Source: an uncultured cyanobacterium (GTDB lineage: Bacteria > Cyanobacteriota > Cyanobacteriia > Cyanobacteriales > Microcystaceae). Taken from it: a stretch of 20,251 nucleotides of DNA. The translations under genes were made by a program, and so were the position numbers. Position 1 is the stretch's first letter. Each line of letters begins with the position of its first letter. The notes below the pieces were generated by a model. It did no database searches, had not been told where the DNA came from, and saw nothing but the letters and a program-made list of their open reading frames with translations. This document shows, in pieces, positions 1 through 8,331 of the stretch. Location of the stretch: positions 1 through 20,251 of the forward strand of contig CAWEDJ010000043.1 in NCBI GenBank assembly GCA_963807635.1. The letters are read 5' to 3'.

Positions 1-78
1 TCGTGACAGCTTAGTAGTAAATTCTGTTTAGAATGATATTTTGAGCTATCAGATTTTATTGACAGAAAACAGAGAACT

Positions 79-978
79 TCAACCCAAAATAATTTTATCC
101 AATTGATCAAAAATTTCCCTATCAACTTCTAAATTAAACTTACGAGCGAAGTGGGCAGGAGAAGCCAAAAGACGGGGTAAATCTTCTAGTTCCATTGTCT
201 TGGGATGGGCGGCTTTCGTTGACCAATCGACATAGCGATAATTATCATTTTTTAAGTTCAAATGATCGGCATTGGCTAAGATGGTCTGAAAATAGGATTC
301 ATCAGCAAACATTCGATGACGATAATGGGAGGTGATAGCATTATTTTGTTGATGAAATTGGATAATATATTCTGCCGATCGCCGATTTCCATAGAACCAT
401 TGATCCCCGATAAAACAGCTAAATTTATCCGTAAAAGGTACAAAAAATTGAGTAATGAAAGGATTATCAATGCGAATATCTAAATCCCTGCAATAGGGCC
501 GCTTTCCTAAAAAAGGGATGGAGAATAATTTTAAACCACAATATCTTTCGTAGGCTAACTTTTGCCAGATAAAACTAATTTTGGGGTTTTCTTGATAAAC
601 TTTATACCTAATTTTTTCATGATTGATATAGGCATCATATTGATGGGAATTTAATTCGTCTAATATTTCTTGAGCGGTTTTAATAGGGTAATCCGAACCA
701 CTGAGCAAGATAAACCAATCAGGAGAATCGTCCAATTCGTAAAGTAATTTTATCCCCTGTACGGTGGCTTCTACGATAGAAAAATCGCCCCATTTAGTTT
801 TTAGATGGGGACGAACAAATTCAATATTTTTAGATAAATGATCCACCGACAAAGCACATTTATCAAAATCATGGTGACAGACAATGGGCGGGTAATTAAA
901 CATTTTGTTCAATTGAGCCAAAAGTCTATCAATTTGGTGGGGTTGATGATGGGTGAGGAGGACAAATCCAATGGACAT
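79..978 (-). CDS. Core-2/I-branching beta-1,6-N-acetylglucosaminyltransferase family protein (GT14)
   Basis: 299 aa ORF with family motifs WGDFSIVEA, LLSGSDYPIK, GDQW, DESYFQT and FARKF. Confidence 0.85.
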   Translation of the reverse strand: MSIGFVLLTHHQPHQIDRLLAQLNKMFNYPPIVCHHDFDKCALSVDHLSKNIEFVRPHLKTKWGDFSIVEATVQGIKLLYELDDSPDWFILLSGSDYPIKTAQEILDELNSHQYDAYINHEKIRYKVYQENPKISFIWQKLAYERYCGLKLFSIPFLGKRPYCRDLDIRIDNPFITQFFVPFTDKFSCFIGDQWFYGNRRSAEYIIQFHQQNNAITSHYRHRMFADESYFQTILANADHLNLKNDNYRYVDWSTKAAHPKTMELEDLPRLLASPAHFARKFNLEVDREIFDQLDKIILG

Positions 979-1050
979 GATGCCGTTCGCAATGTTTGAT
1001 AGGAATCAGGGATTGAAGAAGCCTATCATTTTTTTTGTCCTCGATGAATC

Positions 1051-2445
1051 CTAAGCAAATTGCTCGGCAGCAACCCAGGCTCCATGAAAACCGTAGGGGA
1101 CTCGTTGGGGCATGATAATTCTGGCGATCGCGGGTTGGGTAAAGTTTTGAGCATCTAAAACAATTAACTCGGATTGCTCAGAGGCTTCGTGATAAACAAA
1201 AGTCAATAACCAACCATGATCTTCGGAATTTGCTTGGGGATGGGGAACAAACACCGCTTCTCCGCCATAACAATGGGGTTCAAAGGAATGAATTTCGGTT
1301 TTGCCCGTTTCTAGGTCATATTTAAGCAACCCATCAAATAAGGGCATTTCTCCCAATTGGGACTTTCCTGCATAGCCGTAACGATTTTTACGTCCTAAAT
1401 ATTTTTCATTAATCCGAGGAAATTCACAGGCCAGATCCCCTAAAGATTTTTCTTGAACGGCTCCTGTTTGTAGATTAAATCGCCACTCATAAAGATAGGG
1501 AATATTACCCGTACTATTAGCGTTTTCTTCAAAAATTCCTAAAGCATTGGTTGATTCCATACGACAGGCAATCAAAATGACCTCGTCTTCCGATTCATAG
1601 GCATTCAGGGTATGGAAACCGTAGCAACTAGGACTCTCGAACCAACGAATATCCGACGATTCACCATGACGGGGCAAAATGCCAAAACGACTGGGGGTTT
1701 CTGCTTCAAATAAAAACATGGGTTGACCCTGAGCCATGCGTTCTGGTCGGAAAGTTAAAGGAAAATCCAGAAAAATGGTGTAGTGTTCCGTAATGGCAAA
1801 ATCGTGCATCATTACGCCGACGGGCAATTCAATGGGAATCAATTTCACCAATTCGCCTTCGGGGGAAACAATACCGTATTGCAAAAAGGGCGGTTGAAAC
1901 AGAGAATAACCAAAAAAGAGCATTTCTCCTGTGACGGGATCAACTTTGGGGTGGGCAGTAAAAGCGGAAGTGAGCTTACCCTCAAAGTTTACGGGGCCTA
2001 CGGTATCTAGGGAGGGTAATTGAATTTGATGGGGTTCTCCTCCTTCCCAAACGGCCAAAAATTTACCACTATGCCAGACCAGCGCGGTATTTGCGGTATT
2101 TTTTCCTAGCCCGTAGGGATTATCTAATTGGGGCGGCTCTAATAAACCCGACCAGATGGCTTTTCCTGCTTCCTGTTCTTTTTCAAAGCCAAAGGTGCGG
2201 ATGTAGCGATTGTGATAACTGGCTTGTCCATTTTCAATACGCACACCATGTAACATTCCATCTCCGTCAAACCAATGGTATTGACCGATAGGGGGAAATT
2301 GGGGATTTGGCCCATTACGGACAAACATTCCGTTTAATTCGGGCGGAATTTCACCGATGATTTTGAGATTCTCTGCTTGAATTTCGGTTTCAACAGGAGC
2401 AAAGTTATCGAGTAAATAGGGATTGGTCGCCGTAATAGTGGTCAT
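1051..2445 (-). CDS. Carotenoid cleavage dioxygenase (RPE65/CCD family)
   Basis: 464 aa; RNGPNP, HWFDGDGM, four iron-binding His motifs (TAHPK, MMHDF, FHTLN, GFHG), EFPRIN, GGEAVFVP. Confidence 0.92.
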   Translation of the reverse strand: MTTITATNPYLLDNFAPVETEIQAENLKIIGEIPPELNGMFVRNGPNPQFPPIGQYHWFDGDGMLHGVRIENGQASYHNRYIRTFGFEKEQEAGKAIWSGLLEPPQLDNPYGLGKNTANTALVWHSGKFLAVWEGGEPHQIQLPSLDTVGPVNFEGKLTSAFTAHPKVDPVTGEMLFFGYSLFQPPFLQYGIVSPEGELVKLIPIELPVGVMMHDFAITEHYTIFLDFPLTFRPERMAQGQPMFLFEAETPSRFGILPRHGESSDIRWFESPSCYGFHTLNAYESEDEVILIACRMESTNALGIFEENANSTGNIPYLYEWRFNLQTGAVQEKSLGDLACEFPRINEKYLGRKNRYGYAGKSQLGEMPLFDGLLKYDLETGKTEIHSFEPHCYGGEAVFVPHPQANSEDHGWLLTFVYHEASEQSELIVLDAQNFTQPAIARIIMPQRVPYGFHGAWVAAEQFA

Positions 2446-2529
2446 ATTGGTTTTTCTCTAGGATTTTTCTTTTAGGATAACAATCAGTCAGACTTATTGC
2501 TAAGTTTCGGCAACGGGAAAGAGTTAGGG

Positions 2530-2570
2530 GCGATCGCGTTTTTTGAATGGGGAGTTAAAAGGGCGATCGC
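2530..2570 (+). repeat. HIP1-bounded 41 bp repeat, copy 1
   Basis: GCGATCGC-GTTTTTTGAATGGGGAGTTAAAAGG-GCGATCGC; near-identical copies at 3234 and 3923. Confidence 0.95.
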
Positions 2571-2621
2571 GGATAATCTCTTAAAATAGAGAAAACCAAA
2601 TATTGCAGAGAGAAAGAAACT

Positions 2622-3200
2622 ATGGCAACCACCGCAGACGACGTATGGCGACTGTTAGCAGAATTAACCACTGCTCAAAAAGAGACCGACCTACGACAAA
2701 AAGAAACTGATCGCCAAATTAAAGAATTAGGCAAACAAACCGATCGCCAACTCAAAGAATTAGGGAAACAAATTGGGGGACTCGGTTCAAAATTTGGTAG
2801 CTTTACCGAGGGTCTAGCCCTTCCTTCAATGGAAACGATTCTAAGAAAACGCTTTGGTATGGAAGTTATCAGCCCCAGTGTGCGAGCCAGTAAAGGAGGG
2901 AACCACATAGAAATTGATGTCCTTGCCTATGCCAATGGTAATTTGAATATTGCCTATGTCGTCGAGGTTAAAAGTCATGCTAGGGAAGATTCTATTACTC
3001 AATTAAAAAGTATTTTGCAACGTTTTCGTACCTTTTTCCCTGAACACAAAGATAAACAACTCTATGGCATTTTAGCCGCCGTTGATATGTCCCCTGAGTT
3101 ACGCCAAAAAACGCTACAAGAAGGATTTTACGTGGCTCGGATTCACGACCAAGTTTTTGAACTCGATACGCCTGAAAACTTTCAACCCCAAAGTTATTGA
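2622..3200 (+). CDS. DUF3782-type protein: N-terminal coiled coil plus PD-(D/E)XK nuclease-like domain
   Basis: 192 aa; KETDRQ coiled-coil repeats, GGLGSKFGSFTEGLALPS, EIDVL...VVEVKS catalytic-like motif. Confidence 0.8.
   Translation: MATTADDVWRLLAELTTAQKETDLRQKETDRQIKELGKQTDRQLKELGKQIGGLGSKFGSFTEGLALPSMETILRKRFGMEVISPSVRASKGGNHIEIDVLAYANGNLNIAYVVEVKSHAREDSITQLKSILQRFRTFFPEHKDKQLYGILAAVDMSPELRQKTLQEGFYVARIHDQVFELDTPENFQPQSY
2706..2771 (+). repeat. Intragenic 33 bp tandem duplication encoding TDRQ(I/L)KELGKQ twice
   Basis: ACTGATCGCCAAATTAAAGAATTAGGCAAACAA followed by ACCGATCGCCAACTCAAAGAATTAGGGAAACAA. Confidence 0.85.
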
Positions 3201-3233
3201 ATTTTTTCAATTTAGTCGATTTACAACTGGGGT

Positions 3234-3274
3234 GCGATCGCGTTTTTTGAATGGGGAGTTAAAAGGGCGATCAC
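3234..3274 (+). repeat. HIP1-bounded 41 bp repeat, copy 2
   Basis: Identical to copy 1 except the second HIP1 reads GCGATCAC. Confidence 0.95.
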
Positions 3275-3276
3275 GT

Positions 3277-3606
3277 CTAAATAGAAACAGTAACCTTATT
3301 CGGTAGATAACCCCATTCTTGAAACTGAGTTTGTAATTCAGGAACGTTACAAAAAGCTAAAAAGTATAAATATTCTGGCGCAAAATCTGCACCATTTTGC
3401 CAACAAACTGTCCCTAATTCCTGATCAAGTTCAAATTGTTGAAACAGTAATAAATCTTGTAAAGGTTCAAAGACTTTACCTGTCAAACTTTCAGATAAAT
3501 CTGCTATGCCCTCAGAACCATTGTTAAATTTTAAGGCAATTTTATAATTGTCAACGTAACTAGCAGAAATAATATGCAAAAACATTAGTTTACTCCAATG
3601 GTTCAA
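3277..3606 (-). CDS. DUF2442 domain protein (putative antitoxin)
   Basis: YKIALKFNNGSEGIADL, FEPLQD, GTVCWQNGADFAPEYLY motifs; directly downstream of and overlapping a DUF4160 gene. True start may be the second Met (MFLHII). Confidence 0.85.
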   Translation of the reverse strand: MNHWSKLMFLHIISASYVDNYKIALKFNNGSEGIADLSESLTGKVFEPLQDLLLFQQFELDQELGTVCWQNGADFAPEYLYFLAFCNVPELQTQFQEWGYLPNKVTVSI

Positions 3607-3847
3607 TCCAATTAAGAATTTCGCGCTGACGACATAGTTTCCAATTAGTCGCTAGTTCAGATTGATGAAGATCGTGCCACTCTAAAACATGACGGAGAGA
3701 TCGCTTGGGAAATGATCCCGTGACGACTGCAGTCTCGATTTCAACAATCACCTCGTATTGTCCATATTTAGCATGGTAATGAGGTGGTAAATGATCATTC
3801 CAGTAGAAGCTAATCGTAATTCCTAAAAATCGACTAACAACAGGCAT
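3590..3847 (-). CDS. DUF4160 domain protein (putative HicA-like/DhiT-like toxin)
   Basis: 85 aa; MPVVSRFLGI, DHLPPHYHAKY, W...H..EL..NW, C-terminal IEPLE are typical of DUF4160. Confidence 0.88.
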   Translation of the reverse strand: MPVVSRFLGITISFYWNDHLPPHYHAKYGQYEVIVEIETAVVTGSFPKRSLRHVLEWHDLHQSELATNWKLCRQREILNWIEPLE

Positions 3848-3883
3848 TTTTAAGTAAAATAGGTAAGTTGTTCAAAGTTTAAC

Positions 3884-3912
3884 ATTCTATCGCCTCTTTG
3901 GACGTGACTCAA
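3884..3912 (-). promoter_or_regulatory. Putative sigma70-type promoter of the DUF4160/DUF2442 operon
   Basis: Minus strand TTGAGT-17 nt-TAGAAT, ending 36 nt upstream of the ATG at 3847. Confidence 0.55.
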
Positions 3913-3922
3913 TAGAAATAAA

Positions 3923-3962
3923 GCGATCGCATTTTTGGAATGGGGAGTTAAAGGGCGATCGC
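3923..3962 (+). repeat. HIP1-bounded 40 bp repeat, copy 3
   Basis: GCGATCGC-ATTTTTGGAATGGGGAGTTAAAGG-GCGATCGC; two substitutions and a 1 nt deletion relative to copy 1. Confidence 0.93.
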
Positions 3963-3992
3963 ATTGAAGAGATTTGAAATAATCTATCCAAA

Positions 3993-4008
3993 TGTCACCT
4001 CAGCTACA
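3993..4008. promoter_or_regulatory. Possible NtcA-like box
   Basis: TGTCACCTCAGCTACA = GTC-N8-TAC (one mismatch to GTA-N8-TAC; fits TGT-N10-ACA), 60 nt upstream of the ATP-grasp start; no canonical -10 at the usual spacing. Confidence 0.3.
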
Positions 4009-4068
4009 AACTTAAACGTCCTTCTCGTTGATCGTGTTACTAGACGCGAGATTTGAGGAGAGCCAAGA

Positions 4069-5508
4069 GTGCCACTAGCAAACTATAACCCCGAATCCTT
4101 TTATGATGAACTATTTTCCGACTTAGGTTCACCCCGTCCCCACGCCGCCTCCTTAATCCAGTGGATGCAAAATCTGCCAACCGAATCTCTACAACAACAC
4201 CACGAAACCGCCCAATTAGCCCTATTCAACCTCGGTGTAACCTTTAGGGTTTACAGCGACCAGCAAGGTGTAGAACGAATCTTTCCCTTTGATATTATTC
4301 CCCGCATTATTGACGCTGACGATTGGCAAGCCCTAGAAAAAGCCCTCAAACAAAGAATTAAAGCCTTAAATTGCTTCTTAACCGATATCTATGGCCCCCA
4401 ACAAATCATTAAAGACGGCAAAATTCCCCTAGAAATCATTGAATCCGCCAGTGGTTTTCTCAAGCCCTGTTTAGGGATTACCCCACCTGCGGGAGTTTGG
4501 TGTCATATTACGGGAACAGATTTAGTCAGAGACAAAGACGGAACCTGGTATGTATTAGAAGATAATTTGCGCGTTCCATCGGGAATATCCTATGTTTTAG
4601 AAAATCGGCGGGTCATGAAAAGCACCTTTCCCGAAATCTTCCAAACCATGAATATCCAGCCCGTTGATGACTATCCCAGTCATTTACTGGAAACCTTGCT
4701 CAACCTAGCCCCGCCCCGTTTACCCAATCCCAGGGTCGTCGTCCTCAGTCCTGGCATTTACAATTCAGCCTATTTTGAACATTCCTTCCTAGCTCAACAA
4801 ATGGGCGTGGAATTAGTCGAAGGTCGCGATTTAATCGTCGTGGATGGTTATCTACAAATGCGGACAACCAAAGGTTTAGAGCGCGTGGATGTGATTTATC
4901 GTCGTTTGGATGATGAATTTTTAGACCCCCAAGTATTTCGTCCTGACTCCTTCTTAGGGGTTCCTGGGTTAATGGAAGTTTATCGTCAAGGTCGAGTTGC
5001 CTTAGCCAATGCGCCTGGTACAGGGGTTGCCGATGATAAGGTCATCTATGCCTATGTGCCTGACATGATTCGTTATTATCTGGATGAAGAACCTCTACTC
5101 GCCAGTGTCCCGACCTATTTATGTTGGCGAGAAAAAGACCGAAACTATGTCTTAGATCATTTATCGGAGTTGGTGGTGAAATCGGCCAATGAAGCGGGGG
5201 GTTATGGAATGCTGATCGGGCCAAGTTCTACCGCCGCAGAACGGGAAGAATTTGCCGATAAAATTAGGACTCATCCCCGCAATTATATTGCTCAACCTGT
5301 GTTAAGTTTATCCCGTGTACCAACTTTAATTGATGGAAATATTGAAGGTCGTCATGTGGATTTACGTCCCTATATTCTCAATCGGGGTGAAGAAATTTAT
5401 GTTCATCCAGGCGGATTAACCCGTGTCGCCTTAAACAAAGGATCATTAGTCGTTAATTCTTCCCAGGGCGGTGGCAGTAAAGATATCTGGGTTTTGAGTA
5501 AGTCCTAA
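4069..5508 (+). CDS. Circularly permuted type 2 ATP-grasp protein
   Basis: 479 aa, GTG start with GAGGAG RBS; FPFDIIPR, LEDNLRVPSGISY, NSAYFEHSFLA, RHVDLRPY, VVNSSQGGGSKD. Confidence 0.93.
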   Translation: MPLANYNPESFYDELFSDLGSPRPHAASLIQWMQNLPTESLQQHHETAQLALFNLGVTFRVYSDQQGVERIFPFDIIPRIIDADDWQALEKALKQRIKALNCFLTDIYGPQQIIKDGKIPLEIIESASGFLKPCLGITPPAGVWCHITGTDLVRDKDGTWYVLEDNLRVPSGISYVLENRRVMKSTFPEIFQTMNIQPVDDYPSHLLETLLNLAPPRLPNPRVVVLSPGIYNSAYFEHSFLAQQMGVELVEGRDLIVVDGYLQMRTTKGLERVDVIYRRLDDEFLDPQVFRPDSFLGVPGLMEVYRQGRVALANAPGTGVADDKVIYAYVPDMIRYYLDEEPLLASVPTYLCWREKDRNYVLDHLSELVVKSANEAGGYGMLIGPSSTAAEREEFADKIRTHPRNYIAQPVLSLSRVPTLIDGNIEGRHVDLRPYILNRGEEIYVHPGGLTRVALNKGSLVVNSSQGGGSKDIWVLSKS

Positions 5509-5562
5509 GATCATCAATAAATTCAGATCCTAATTATTAATTATTTACTATTACCTATCAAA

Positions 5563-6537
5563 ATGCTAAGCAGAGTTGCAGATTCTATTTATTGGTTAAA
5601 TCGCTATATCGAACGGGCCGATAATGTGGCGCGTTTTGTGGATGTTAATCTCAATTTGATGCTGGATTTATCAAATAGTATTAATCAACAATGGGAGCCA
5701 CTGGTTCTCACGACGGGGGATTTAGAATTTTTTCGGGAGCATTACGGGACATTTAGTGCGAATAATGTGATTAATTTTTTAACCTTTGATCAGCAATATT
5801 CCAACTCGATTATGTCTTGTCTTTACATGGCACGGGAAAATGCTCGCTCTATTCGGGAAATTATTTCTTCGGAAATGTGGGAAGAGGTCAATGGTTTTTA
5901 CCTAATGGTCAAGGAAGCGGCAGAAAATCCCCCCGAAAATATTCCTAGTTTTTTTTCTCAGGTTAAATTATCCAGTCACCGTTTTGCTGGGGTAATGGAT
6001 GCCACGATGACCCACAATGAAGGCTGGCATTTTGGACGGGTGGGACGGTTTCAGGAACGGGCGGATAAAACGGCTCGCATCTTGGATGTGAAATATTTTT
6101 ATTTATTGCCCTCGGTGGAATGGGTGGGAACGCCGTTGGATCAGATTGAATGGATTGCTTTATTAAAGTCAGCGAGTGCCTACGAAATGTATCGCAAGTG
6201 TGAAAGGCGCATTACTCCGACGAGTGTGGCGGCATTTTTGATTTTAAATCGGGAGTTTCCCCGCTCGATTCATTTTTGTTTACATGAACTTCAGCGATCG
6301 CTGCATTCAATTACAGGAACCTCCTTGGGAACCTGGAGTAATTCAGCAGAAAGAGATTTAGGAAAACTCTGTGGGGAATTAAGTTATTTGACCATTGAAG
6401 AAATCATTGAAATGGGTTTACATGAATTTCTGGATTCTATGCAAGGAAAAGTTAATAATATCGGCGTAAAAATCGCCCAAACTTTTTTTGTCAATGAACC
6501 AGTCCTCCCCCAATCCCAATTTCAATATCAAAATTAA
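5563..6537 (+). CDS. Alpha-E domain protein (DUF403)
   Basis: 324 aa; MLSRVADSIYWLNRYIERA, ARENAR, ERADKTARILDVKY, FPRSI, Q-rich tail; usual partner of the upstream ATP-grasp. Confidence 0.92.
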   Translation: MLSRVADSIYWLNRYIERADNVARFVDVNLNLMLDLSNSINQQWEPLVLTTGDLEFFREHYGTFSANNVINFLTFDQQYSNSIMSCLYMARENARSIREIISSEMWEEVNGFYLMVKEAAENPPENIPSFFSQVKLSSHRFAGVMDATMTHNEGWHFGRVGRFQERADKTARILDVKYFYLLPSVEWVGTPLDQIEWIALLKSASAYEMYRKCERRITPTSVAAFLILNREFPRSIHFCLHELQRSLHSITGTSLGTWSNSAERDLGKLCGELSYLTIEEIIEMGLHEFLDSMQGKVNNIGVKIAQTFFVNEPVLPQSQFQYQN

Positions 6538-6555
6538 TCGTTTTGGAAAATACCT

Positions 6556-6595
6556 ATTGGTAAACAAGCCTTTGGAACTTACCAATGTCTTTTTT
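6556..6595 (+). terminator. Possible intrinsic terminator after alpha-E gene
   Basis: ATTGGTAA/TTACCAAT 8 bp inverted repeat with 15 nt loop, then GTCTTTTTT. Confidence 0.35.
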
Positions 6596-6655
6596 GTCAG
6601 TTTATCAACTTGAAGATTAAACTAATTGATAGCAATCCATTTGGTAATAAATCCT

Positions 6656-6979
6656 ATGCTTTCTGACAAGACTCCCAACAACAGAAAGAACCCAATCATC
6701 AGAATTTTTCGGAAATATCACCGAGTTTTAGCGATTATTCTTTGTTTGCCCTTAGTTTTAACCATTCTCACAGGAGTCGCCTACACGATCGCCGTAGATT
6801 GGTTTGACCAAACAGACGCGATTGAGCTATTGATGGGACTACACACCCTAAAAATAGTCCATCTGGAAAAATTCTATCCTTTGCTCAATGGAATCGGCTT
6901 GATCGGTTTGCTGGTGACGGGGATGACGATGACAAATTTATTTAAAAAGCCAAAGGGCGTTAATCAAAACCCCGAATAA
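6656..6979 (+). CDS. Small PepSY-TM-like membrane protein
   Basis: FRKYHR..A....LPLVLTILTG and LMGLH...YPLLNGIGL helices; ATG at 6656 preferred over TTG at 6626. Confidence 0.7.
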   Translation: MLSDKTPNNRKNPIIRIFRKYHRVLAIILCLPLVLTILTGVAYTIAVDWFDQTDAIELLMGLHTLKIVHLEKFYPLLNGIGLIGLLVTGMTMTNLFKKPKGVNQNPE

Positions 6980-6988
6980 TTGCGCGTC

Positions 6989-7462
6989 TCAGCCCAATTC
7001 CTTGACCTTACTTAAAACTGATTCAACATGACCTTTGACCTTAACACTGGGCCAGACCTGGGCGAGATTACCCGATGGATCAATCAGAAAAGTTGAACGA
7101 ATAATACCCATATACTCCTTACCCATAAACTTTTTCAAGCCCCAAACCCCATAGGACTCGGCAACTTGATGATCGGGATCACTGAGTAATTGCAGGGCGA
7201 GACTATGTTTTTCGATAAATTTGCAGTGAGATTTGACGGAATCGGGACTCACTCCCAAAACTTTAACATTTAATTTTTCCCATTCTGCTTGTTTTTGACT
7301 GAATTCAATGGCTTCTGTGGTGCAACCAGGCGTATTGTCCTTGGGATAAAAATAAAGAATTAACCAACTCCCTTGAAAATCTAATAAGCTTAGGGTTTTG
7401 TCATCTTGATTGGTTGCGGAAAAAGCGGGGGCGGGTTGCCCGATTGCAGGAAGTTGGGGCAT
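6989..7462 (-). CDS. bcp: Peroxiredoxin Q / bacterioferritin comigratory protein
   Basis: 157 aa; LYFYPKDNTPGCTTEA peroxidatic motif, second Cys in SHCKF, RSTFLID. Confidence 0.93.
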   Translation of the reverse strand: MPQLPAIGQPAPAFSATNQDDKTLSLLDFQGSWLILYFYPKDNTPGCTTEAIEFSQKQAEWEKLNVKVLGVSPDSVKSHCKFIEKHSLALQLLSDPDHQVAESYGVWGLKKFMGKEYMGIIRSTFLIDPSGNLAQVWPSVKVKGHVESVLSKVKELG

Positions 7463-7469
7463 CGTTATG

Positions 7470-8324
7470 TTAGTAATGTAAGGGGATTAAAATCAAAGGA
7501 AGAAAAGCTAAACCCAATAAAACCCAATTTAAAAAATTATTTTCAATTAACAAGGTATCTGGGGGTTCAATTAGATAATTAATACGGCTAATTAAACGAT
7601 TATCTTGATGATTGAATGCCGCACAAATCGCTTCAAAATCGGGAAAAATTGGAATTTCCTGCATATTTTTTGCGACCAACATCAGAGATTCTGCTAATAG
7701 TAATGGATCGACTTGTTGGGCCGCTTTTTTATCTGCCCGAACTTCTCTCATAAATAATAACTCTTGCCAAAGTTGTTCGGTTTGGGGGAGCCAAAAACTC
7801 ATCTGACGCAACCAACCCAAGCAGAAAAACCAAAAGGTATCCCGATAGTAATAATGGGCATTTTCGTGGGCGAGAACGGCTTGTAAATGCTCATCGTCTA
7901 GACTCTCTAATAATCCTTGACTAATCACTAATTCAGGATTCCAGAGACCAATTTGCGCACTGTAGGGGAATGGTGTCTCTAGGATGCGAGTGGGTTGATT
8001 TTGGATAAATCCTTTGGTGTAATACCGAATTTGTTGAATAGCTTTGGTTGCTTGCCAGAGTCGATACAAACCTAATCCCAAGCTCCACAGCAAAAACGCG
8101 ATCGCCAAACTATAACTTAACCAACTTGCCTTTAGACCAAACATCATCCCCTGATAACCCATTGAAACAACAGCCAGGGCAGTCATTAATAGTAAGACAG
8201 GGGGAAAAACAAAGAGAAATAGGGCTTTTTGCCAACAAAATTTTGATTCAGGACTTAAAATAGGGATTAATGCCCGTAATAACCAAGCAATGCCTATCGC
8301 CAAGATTAATATCATTAGGTGCAT
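7470..8324 (-). CDS. petP: M56 family (BlaR1-like) membrane metalloprotease, PetP-like
   Basis: N-terminal TM helices, AVLAHENAH zinc motif, EVRAD; immediately downstream of a BlaI-family gene and upstream of bcp, as recalled for Synechocystis slr0240-slr0242. Confidence 0.8.
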   Translation of the reverse strand: MHLMILILAIGIAWLLRALIPILSPESKFCWQKALFLFVFPPVLLLMTALAVVSMGYQGMMFGLKASWLSYSLAIAFLLWSLGLGLYRLWQATKAIQQIRYYTKGFIQNQPTRILETPFPYSAQIGLWNPELVISQGLLESLDDEHLQAVLAHENAHYYYRDTFWFFCLGWLRQMSFWLPQTEQLWQELLFMREVRADKKAAQQVDPLLLAESLMLVAKNMQEIPIFPDFEAICAAFNHQDNRLISRINYLIEPPDTLLIENNFLNWVLLGLAFLPLILIPLHY

Positions 8325-8331
8325 CTTAAAA

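Noticed and set aside
2530..3962. CRISPR array interpretation of the three direct repeats
   Set aside because: Intervals are about 650-660 bp and contain whole genes; no cas genes in the window.
2530..3962. Classical integron attC sites
   Set aside because: No RYYYAAC...GTTRRRY core boxes at the unit ends, units shorter than typical attC, and no integrase in the window; only the architecture is analogous.
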